Translations under genes and position numbers: made by a program
Source of the DNA: Candidatus Nanopelagicales bacterium
Lineage (GTDB): Bacteria; Actinomycetota; Actinomycetes; S36-B12; CAIYMF01
Assembly: GCA_050251215.1 (NCBI GenBank)
Contig: JBFWNE010000003.1
Span: forward strand, 20,704 to 52,703
DNA length: 32,000 bases
Direction of reading: 5' to 3'
In this document: positions 7,673 through 14,567 of the stretch, in pieces
Position numbering within the stretch: position 1 is the stretch's first letter
Layout: each line of letters opens with the position of its first letter
The notes under the pieces: generated by a model
Databases searched by the model: none
What the model was told of the DNA's origin: nothing
What the model saw: only the letters and a program-made list of their open reading frames with translations

Positions 7673-9069
7673 CGCTCGACGTCGGCCGCCCGGCCGCGGG
7701 AGCGGTCGTACTTGGCCGTCGTCGTGATGCTCTCGTGGAAGGTCAGGTCCATCGCGATCTCCAGCAGGCTCAGACCTGCCTCGGAGGCGAGCGTGACGCC
7801 TGTCGCCCGCAGAGTGCGCGTGCTGACGCTGACCTGACGGCCGTCGCCAGCCAGGGCGGGGCCACCGGCGCTGCGGTACAGCGAGCGCAGCAGCTGCGAT
7901 GCGCCCTGGAGGGTCATCGGGGCGCCCAGGTCGGTGTCGCCGGCGAACACGTAGTCGTCGTCGCTCGCGCCCTGCCAGCGTCTCACCTCCACCTGGTCCC
8001 GGAGTGCACAGGCCGGGCAGTGGCCGCCGCACCGTACTCCGCCTGCGTCGGCGTGGAGGACCGGCTTGACGTTCGGCCGGCGCTTGCGCAGCCCGGCCGA
8101 CCGCTGGATCTTGGCGCCCTTGTCGAGGCCCATGCGGCACTCGTAGCCGTCGACCGTCTCGACGATGTCGATCATGCGGAGCGCGGCCATGTCCGCGTGA
8201 CGGTTGGCGGTGACGATGCCGACGAGCAGGTAGGCGCGGTGCCGGCGGCGCCGGGCGAGCTGCGGGTCGACCATGCGGAGCCACCAGGTCCAGTCGTCAT
8301 CGGACAGCGGCCAGGACGGGCTCGCGTTCGGGTTCGGCTGAGCGCCGACCGGCCGATGCGACCTGTCCCATGCCCGCTTGAGCGCGCGGCGGTCACAGCG
8401 CCGACCTGCCACCGCGTCCCCGGAGGGGTCGGCCAGAGGCAGACGCTCCTCGGGATCAAGGTCGAGAGCAGCGCAGAGATACCGGAAGCCCTCGGGATCG
8501 CGTTCGGCGTCGACGACGCCTCTCGTTCCCTCAGCCCGGATCGCGATGCCTCGAGGGTCTCGCCGGAAGGACGACCGCGCCAGCCGCTGGGCTTGGCCGC
8601 TCAGCGGGTCCCATCCCAGGTACCGGCTCACCACCAGGACGCCGCGACGCCTGCGGACTGCGGGGAGAAGCTCGACGTCGTCGGCGACGAGCGCAGCCAT
8701 GAGCTGGGCGACGTCCGCGGTGACAGCGTCCGTCCTCGGCGCCAGGCCCGGGGGCTTGCACCGACGCTCCGCAGCGAGGTACCGCCGGATCAGCGCTCCT
8801 CGGACGGTTACCCCGACCTCTCCGAGGACCGCGGCCACGGCGCAGACGTACCCCGCCTGCGTCTCGAACGCCCAACGCTCGCGTCCGGAGAACACGAACT
8901 CGAGCACCGTTCTCTCCGCTTCCCCGTCCGGAGTGCCCGCCCCGGGTATGCGGCGGTTGTTGGCGAGGCACCACAGCTGGAACCGCGCGAACTGGCCATG
9001 CTGCGCCTCGGTGGGTCCACCGGCTCGCACCTTGGCGATGACCTGGTCACGTGCGCCATCCCTAGTCAT
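7639..9069 (-). CDS. tyrosine recombinase family protein (476 aa), here recombinase B
   Basis: The ATG at 9069 overlaps the stop of recombinase C by 8 nt (ATGACTAG). C-terminal STRTLRATG (xxxR box), FHESITTTAKYDR (His...Tyr) and an upstream ANRHADMAAL Arg box. Confidence 0.85.
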   Translation of the reverse strand: MTRDGARDQVIAKVRAGGPTEAQHGQFARFQLWCLANNRRIPGAGTPDGEAERTVLEFVFSGRERWAFETQAGYVCAVAAVLGEVGVTVRGALIRRYLAAERRCKPPGLAPRTDAVTADVAQLMAALVADDVELLPAVRRRRGVLVVSRYLGWDPLSGQAQRLARSSFRRDPRGIAIRAEGTRGVVDAERDPEGFRYLCAALDLDPEERLPLADPSGDAVAGRRCDRRALKRAWDRSHRPVGAQPNPNASPSWPLSDDDWTWWLRMVDPQLARRRRHRAYLLVGIVTANRHADMAALRMIDIVETVDGYECRMGLDKGAKIQRSAGLRKRRPNVKPVLHADAGGVRCGGHCPACALRDQVEVRRWQGASDDDYVFAGDTDLGAPMTLQGASQLLRSLYRSAGGPALAGDGRQVSVSTRTLRATGVTLASEAGLSLLEIAMDLTFHESITTTAKYDRSRGRAADVERYALPLDDPSA

Positions 9070-10543
9070 GTCCCGCTCCGTCGCCGAGGCCGCTGAGAAG
9101 GCGCACGGCAGCACTCCTGCCCGAGTGCCGACCCGTGTAGCGCAGGGTCGTCTCGGCGTAGACCTGGCGCAGGCCTGACTGGATCGTCTCGAGGTCCCAG
9201 CCGTCGCGGTCGGCCTGGTTCCCGTAGCCGCGCCGGGTGCTGTAGGCCGAGTAGGTGCAGGGAATGCCCGCGAGCCGGCACAGCCGCTCGAGGTCGTGGG
9301 CAGCGAGCTTGACCAGGTCCTTGCTCGCCTCACCCGACTGAAGCCGCGCGAGGATGAGCGGTCCGCCGCGCCCGACTCGGGCATCGCGAACGCACAGATA
9401 CTCCGCGAGGGCGTCGCAGACGATCTGGTGGTTCTCCCAGCTCAGCGCCCGCTCCACCTTCTTGTCGCCGCGCGGGTCATCCTTCGTGGAGAGGAGCCGC
9501 AGGAACCAGGCGCCTTCATCGGGCGAGAGCCAGACGCACTCGCGGGGAAGGCCGTCGAGGTCGCCGGCCATGCGCAGACCGAGGCTCCAGGCCAGGGCCA
9601 CCCAGGCGCGGGCGCGGACGATGATCAGGGCATCGCCTCGCAGGTCGGCTTCGGCCATGAGGACGAGGCCTCGCCGCAGCCCCGCCAGCTCCCATGCGGT
9701 CAAGTCGTGCCGGGCCTGCAGGACGATGGCTTGGCCGCGCGGATGCGTGGCCAAGCCGGCCCAGCCGCGGTTGCGCAGGTTGAGGAAGACCTGCTTGATG
9801 CTCGCCGGGCCCTCCGCGAACAAGACCGATGACGGGTCCAGGTTCTCGGCGACCACCTTGACCGCGCACGCGGTGCAGTCCCAGGGAACCCCTCGTGCGC
9901 GCGACTCGTGATCGCACAGAAGCACGTGGCCGGCGACGCTGACGCCGCCCTCTACAATGGCAACGTCCGCCGCCACCAACCTTCTGAGCTGCGGGACGGT
10001 GAACCCGGCATCGAGCGAGAGCAGCACAGCAGCGCGCTTGGCATCAGCCGCCGGCGTCCTCGGGACCGAGACCTCCATCAGCGTGCGCATCGCCGCGCGC
10101 GTGAGAGGCACGGCGCGACGGTCCTCCGGCTCGGCACCCGCCTGATCGTCCTGCTCGGCCAGCCGCTTCTGATACCCGCGACGCAGTCGCGTCCAGTCCG
10201 CCGCGTGCGCCCGCGACTCGATCGGCAGCGGCTCATCCCCCAGGACATGGCGCACCGCAGACAGCAGCCCCAGGACGCTGTTCCACTGGTACAGCGAACC
10301 GTCTGGCTTGCGCCGACCGAGCAGCGCGACGTAGGCCTCGTACGGTGCCGCGGCTGGGTCGTATCCCAGGGAACGACAGTGACGAATCCACGACCGGAAG
10401 CGCTCGTCGTAGTCGCTGAGCGTGCGGTCCTGCAGCCCGCGGCTGGCCAGGAAGCGCTCGAGCTCCTCGGCGAAGGCGGCTTCGTCCTCGATCTTGGGGG
10501 GCTGGAAGTAGGGCTTGCGGCCGCGGCCGCCGTTGCGTGTCAT
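9062..10543 (-). CDS. tyrosine recombinase family protein (493 aa), here recombinase C
   Basis: N-terminal SAM-like domain. C-terminal GLRMAGDL (Arg), LSTKDDP (Lys), YSTRRGYG (xxR box) and ETTLRYTG (Tyr). High GC3. Confidence 0.8.
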   Translation of the reverse strand: MTRNGGRGRKPYFQPPKIEDEAAFAEELERFLASRGLQDRTLSDYDERFRSWIRHCRSLGYDPAAAPYEAYVALLGRRKPDGSLYQWNSVLGLLSAVRHVLGDEPLPIESRAHAADWTRLRRGYQKRLAEQDDQAGAEPEDRRAVPLTRAAMRTLMEVSVPRTPAADAKRAAVLLSLDAGFTVPQLRRLVAADVAIVEGGVSVAGHVLLCDHESRARGVPWDCTACAVKVVAENLDPSSVLFAEGPASIKQVFLNLRNRGWAGLATHPRGQAIVLQARHDLTAWELAGLRRGLVLMAEADLRGDALIIVRARAWVALAWSLGLRMAGDLDGLPRECVWLSPDEGAWFLRLLSTKDDPRGDKKVERALSWENHQIVCDALAEYLCVRDARVGRGGPLILARLQSGEASKDLVKLAAHDLERLCRLAGIPCTYSAYSTRRGYGNQADRDGWDLETIQSGLRQVYAETTLRYTGRHSGRSAAVRLLSGLGDGAGHD

Positions 10544-10715
10544 GCCGAGGACCGTCCGCGCCGAGGCTCAGTCCGCAACCAGCACGACCCCGCATGGCGT
10601 GCGGCGTCCGGCATGGAACGGCAACCCCGAGTTGGCCCCCTTGTTGCGTCCCCCGGATGAGCCACAAGGGGTTCCTCACGAGCGACATGGAGTCGCCGAA
10701 ACGAGAGGAGCTCCG

Positions 10716-11135
10716 ATGAGCAACCGTCGGGCGCAGGGTGCCGAGCACCCCGACTACCCCACCGTGATCGGCCACGAGAGGCCGATCTGGACCACCGTCC
10801 AGACGGACGGGGCGTTCATCAGCATCACCGGCATGAGCGTGTTCGACCCGTGGCTCGCCGGGATCGCGGAAACCCACCGGGACGATCTGGCCGGATGGCT
10901 CTACCGGACGCTCATCCGCGGTGCGGACCTCGAGCAGCAGCGACTGCTCGTTGGCGCAGCGGAATCGGCAGCTGTCGCCGCCGTACGCCTTCGCCAGACC
11001 CTCGCCGTCATGTCGCAGTCACCGACGGCGAACCATCGCCTGCAGCAGCATGCGGAGAAGTCCCGCGACGACCTGGTGAATCGGCTGCTCCGCTTCGAGG
11101 AGCTTGCGGCAGCTCTCCGCTCAGCAGACGCCTGA
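10716..11135 (+). CDS. hypothetical protein (139 aa), divergent from recombinase C
   Basis: GAGAGGAG SD 5 nt before the ATG at 10716. High GC3. Predicted helical C-terminal half. Followed immediately by a perfect hairpin terminator. Confidence 0.6.
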   Translation: MSNRRAQGAEHPDYPTVIGHERPIWTTVQTDGAFISITGMSVFDPWLAGIAETHRDDLAGWLYRTLIRGADLEQQRLLVGAAESAAVAAVRLRQTLAVMSQSPTANHRLQQHAEKSRDDLVNRLLRFEELAAALRSADA

Positions 11136-11141
11136 GAACGC

Positions 11142-11173
11142 AACGTGGGGCCGGCTTGTGCCGGCCCCACGTT
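11142..11173 (+). terminator. perfect 14-bp GC-rich stem-loop terminator
   Basis: AACGTGGGGCCGGC, loop TTGT, GCCGGCCCCACGTT. Begins 7 nt after the TGA at 11133-11135. Confidence 0.7.
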
Positions 11174-11214
11174 GATCCTCCGAGAGGGCCGAGCCAGTTC
11201 CGCACGGGCAGGCA

Positions 11215-11598
11215 TCAAGCCGGATCGCGGTCGTCAACCGCTCCGCCGGCTCCTCGAGAAGGCCGTAGTTCGGGTGGGAACCGGAAACCAGGGACTGTCC
11301 CGCCGTTGCAGACAGCGACGACATCGCGCAGCGCCAGGTCGACGCGGCCGGACAGGAGCGCTGCCGCGTAGCCCTCGGCGTGAGACGGGATCGTGCCTTC
11401 CTCGACCCAGCGGCGCGCGAGGATCGCGCACGCCGTCGGGTGCCCGTCCACCCGCTGGCGGGGCTGTTCGGATCCCGTCTCGTCGACCATGCGGTCACCG
11501 TTGCAGCTGCCGGGGACATCTCGCGACGGAACGCGTGGTGCGCCCTGCTGGCGCCCCGCCCGGGCGAACAGTGACCCGCGCGCCACGAGGCGCTGCAT
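11215..11598 (-). pseudogene. possible short ORF or remnant of a decayed gene (127 aa frame)
   Basis: GC3 is high over most of the frame (GHPTACAILARRWVEEGTIPSHAEGYAAALLSGRVDLALRD) but falls at the 3' end. No SD. Protein-like stretches in a second minus-strand frame upstream and downstream suggest frameshifts. Confidence 0.25.
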
Positions 11599-11904
11599 CC
11601 CGGCGCGACGCCCGGGCCCGGCCAGCCACCGGGGAGACGCCCGTCAGAGGGGTTCTCGTCGACGTGCCCGATCAGTGGGCCGCGTGCACGTCGGGTCGAC
11701 GCCGAACGGTCGGGGACATGCACTTCGGGGCCCGGGTGCCGCCTGACCGCAGGGCAGGCACCGGCGGCGGTAGCCGCCCAGGGGAACGGCCGGGCCGGCG
11801 GGCCCGCCCTATGCCTCGTAGGGAAACGTCGGTCAGCGCCTCACCCGATCGCCACCACCGGCCCCTCAGGCGCGCGACGGGCGCACGTTGGCCAGGCTCG
11901 TGGA

Positions 11905-12885
11905 TCACTCGGCGGCAGGGAAGAAGCTCTCGAGATCGTCATAGGCGGCGACCACAGGACCCGGAGCTTGGAGTGCGATGTGGTCGCCTTCGACGGCCTC
12001 GCGCATACCGCCGATGTCAGGGAAGAGGACTCTGCGGCTGCGGTTGTACGTGGACTCGAGGTGGGTCCTCATCGGCTTCTTGACCGTCGTGGGGATCACG
12101 AGGACGCACATAGGCAAGCTGATGGGCTTCCCGGGCCCCTTGGCGGCGCCGAAGAGGCTCTTGATCGTGGTGGCGGTCGGCAGGCGGCCTGGAGGTCGGT
12201 GCAACCCGTCCATGCCCGGCACGGATGCGGCCAGGGGGACCACGCCGGAGAGGAACAGCCCTTCTTGCGCCTGCATGCGGGCGTCGCGGATCGTCGGCGT
12301 GACCAGGAAGGGGGCCTCGTCCCGGGCGGCGGTGTTCAACGCAACGCGTAGCGGCCAGCCCAACGGGTCTGCCAGTCCCCCGTACGTGCCGGAGCCACCG
12401 GGCTCAACGGTCTGGAACTCGGGCAGGTCGGTGACGTCGAACGCGATCAGCGCGCCTGCCGCATCGCCGGTCTTGCTCGTGCGCTGGCAGGCGAACCAGA
12501 GCGCGGTGATGGGGTTGGACGTCACGTCGAGCAGCCTTGTGGGGATGCCGTGGTGCTGAAGTTGAGCGAGCACGTGGAGATCGGATCCCCAGGGGACGTC
12601 GAGGGCCACTCCCCACTGGCGCGCGGTGCGGATGAGGGCAAGCTCGCGCTCCCTCAGTTCGAGTTCGCTCGGCGGTCGCCCCAGCTCCTCGGTCAGTGCA
12701 CGGACGAGCGAGGAGGAGATCCGGTATCGGCTGTCCGGTACGCCGCGCCAGACGTATCTGCGCCCCGCCGCGAGGGTGCCGATGCGGGACACACCACGCA
12801 TCAGCTCGTCGATGGAGGAGACCTTGTAGCCGAAACCGGTGTCGACCCAGGCCTTCGGGCCCATGCCACCGGTCAGGTCGGTCAC
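11905..12885 (-). CDS. FRG domain-containing protein (326 aa)
   Basis: YVWRGVPDSRYRISSSL ((F/Y/W)RG motif). LAQLQHHGIPTRLLDVTSNPITALWFAC (the QHxGxPTRLLD core of the FRG domain). RMQAQEGLF. The GTG start overlaps the upstream stop (GTGA, 12882-12885). Confidence 0.85.
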   Translation of the reverse strand: MTDLTGGMGPKAWVDTGFGYKVSSIDELMRGVSRIGTLAAGRRYVWRGVPDSRYRISSSLVRALTEELGRPPSELELRERELALIRTARQWGVALDVPWGSDLHVLAQLQHHGIPTRLLDVTSNPITALWFACQRTSKTGDAAGALIAFDVTDLPEFQTVEPGGSGTYGGLADPLGWPLRVALNTAARDEAPFLVTPTIRDARMQAQEGLFLSGVVPLAASVPGMDGLHRPPGRLPTATTIKSLFGAAKGPGKPISLPMCVLVIPTTVKKPMRTHLESTYNRSRRVLFPDIGGMREAVEGDHIALQAPGPVVAAYDDLESFFPAAE

Positions 12886-13787
12886 GCGGATGCTCCGCCC
12901 TCGGCCGCGATCCGGTGTCGGAGCTGGTTGAGGGTGGGTCCGTCCTCACCGACGCGCCAGGCGTACCAGCCGTCGTAGGACACGACTTCTGCGGCGGCCA
13001 TCGCGGCGCCCGAGGGGCTGGCGTGCCGGGTTCCGTCGGAGAGGGTGATGACGCCATCGGCACCCAGTTCGGCGTCGTACCTGGTGCCCTTGCGGGGGCG
13101 GCGCCAGACGAGAGGCGCGGGCGTCTGCAGTGTCGCGGCGACATCGGCGAGGGTGACTTCGAGGAAGGCGCGGTCGTCCGTGGCCGCCGCCTCCGGCGCG
13201 TCGTCGGCGGGTGCCGCCGCGTCGGTGGCCTCCGGCTCGGTCTCCCACTCCACGTTGAGCACGCGGCGGCGGGATGCGTCGACGTAGAACGCGGCGCGGA
13301 TCTTCTGGACCGGCAGGCGGTGCTGGATGAGGAAGTCCAGTGCGTTGGCGGTCCTGGCATCGAAGCTGCGCGCGACGAGGACGAGCTTGGGGTCGCGCTG
13401 GACGAGGACGGGCGTGCTGGCTCCGGTGAACTCGGCCCAGTCCTCCCAGAAGGCGGCTTCTCCACCGTGGTAGAGCGAGGCGATCTGGTCCAGGTTGGTG
13501 GTTCGGGCCCAGCCGGCGTACTCCAGGGCCTGGGCGAGTTGGGAGCGGTCGATGTCGCGCTTGACTTCGATGACCACCACGCGGCCTGCGGGGTCCAGGG
13601 CCAGGATGTCCGGGATGAGTCCGCCGGGCAGGGGTGCTTGGCGACGGACCCGGAACAGGTTCTGGCCGGTCAGTTCCTCCAGGTTGTCCCAGAGCAGCGT
13701 CTCGATCTCGGACTCGTACACGTTCGCAGGGACGTGCTGGCGGCTGAACTGGACGAGATCGTCGTCGCGCAGATCGAAGATGGGCAC
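12882..13787 (-). CDS. NucS/DUF91-like PD-(D/E)xK nuclease fused to a RAMA/DUF4357-like C-terminal domain (301 aa)
   Basis: PDILALDPAGRVVVIEVKR (D...ExK nuclease core) and SQLAQALEYAGW. An acidic low-complexity linker follows. C-terminal motifs: DGVITLSDGTRHASPSGAAMAAA...YDGWYAWRV...TLNQLR. GGGGGAG SD before the GTG at 13787. Confidence 0.85.
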   Translation of the reverse strand: MPIFDLRDDDLVQFSRQHVPANVYESEIETLLWDNLEELTGQNLFRVRRQAPLPGGLIPDILALDPAGRVVVIEVKRDIDRSQLAQALEYAGWARTTNLDQIASLYHGGEAAFWEDWAEFTGASTPVLVQRDPKLVLVARSFDARTANALDFLIQHRLPVQKIRAAFYVDASRRRVLNVEWETEPEATDAAAPADDAPEAAATDDRAFLEVTLADVAATLQTPAPLVWRRPRKGTRYDAELGADGVITLSDGTRHASPSGAAMAAAEVVSYDGWYAWRVGEDGPTLNQLRHRIAAEGGASA

Positions 13788-13875
13788 GTTCTCCCCCTGA
13801 GTGTCGGTCGTGGACCACGGTAGGGCCCTCTACCGACGCCCGTCGTCTAGAACGTCCCGGACGTCTCCATCGGGG

Positions 13876-14511
13876 TCAGCAGACGTCGTGCCGCCTGAGG
13901 CCGCGGGCCGTCTCTGCCGCGGACAACGCCAGGGAGCACACCGGGCAGACCACGGGGCGAACCGCCGCGGGGTGGCCGGGCCGCGCCGCGGGCCGCGCGT
14001 TCCGGGAGCCTCGTGCGTCAGCGGCTGCCTTCCGTGCAGGAGGCGAAGCCGGTTGGCTGGGCCGTGGCGGGGAGGCGGCAGGCAGCCCGGCGGTGTCGAG
14101 GTCGGAGATGTCCGCCCGCACCCCATGGGCGAGCAGCGCCTTCACGGGGCGGACAAGGCGCGTGGCCAAGCGCTTGTCCTCGGCGTTCCCCGTTCGTCGC
14201 AGCGCCACCACGACCGGCCGTAGGAGCGTCCATGCGAGTTGAGTCTGCTGGCGGGCTGCTCGTTTCTCCTTGGCGATGACGGCGAGCCTGGCCGATCGCA
14301 GATGCGGCATGGCCGTGGCCACTTGACCCACTCGGCCGCCCAGGCGTCGCTTGTCGGCATCGGTCAGTCGGACGGACACGGGGATCGACGGAATCGGCTG
14401 TTGTGGCGGCGACTCGGGTGCCGGCCGGCTCCCTTCCCCGGTGGTGGATCCGCTGGTCGCCACGAGCCGCTGTCGGCCGCGCTCTGCGTCCCAGTCAAGG
14501 CGTCTCGCCAC
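13876..14511 (-). CDS. hypothetical protein with RHH-like segment and C-terminal Cys cluster (211 aa)
   Basis: GAGGA SD 6 nt before the GTG at 14511. GC3 about 80%. VSVRLTDADKRRL resembles the beta-strand/helix start of ribbon-helix-helix proteins. C-terminal CPVCS...RRHDVC. Low-complexity Pro/Ala regions. Confidence 0.5.
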   Translation of the reverse strand: MARRLDWDAERGRQRLVATSGSTTGEGSRPAPESPPQQPIPSIPVSVRLTDADKRRLGGRVGQVATAMPHLRSARLAVIAKEKRAARQQTQLAWTLLRPVVVALRRTGNAEDKRLATRLVRPVKALLAHGVRADISDLDTAGLPAASPPRPSQPASPPARKAAADARGSRNARPAARPGHPAAVRPVVCPVCSLALSAAETARGLRRHDVC

Positions 14512-14567
14512 GTCAGATCCTCATCTGCGCCGTCAGCAACAGTCCGGCCCTTGCCGCTCCGAGCAGG

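Larger units (their letters stand above)
5927..10543. mobile_element. three-tyrosine-recombinase module (RIT-like in content, atypical in orientation); element ends not determined
   Basis: Three adjacent large tyrosine recombinase genes with no spacer DNA. C and B are tandem with an 8-nt overlap. A is convergent on B with a 34-nt overlap. Confidence 0.45.

Noticed and set aside
5747-9096. Long ORFs 5747-6934 (-), 7025-8284 (-), 6364-7176 (-) and 7735-9096 (+) overlapping the recombinase genes
   Set aside because: No motifs and an Arg/Pro-rich composition. The called frames contain the ordered tyrosine-recombinase catalytic boxes.
5927-10543. Straightforward annotation as a canonical RIT (recombinase in trio) element
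   Set aside because: Canonical RIT genes are unidirectional and overlapping. Here one gene is convergent and the proteins are larger. The module is therefore reported as RIT-like and atypical.
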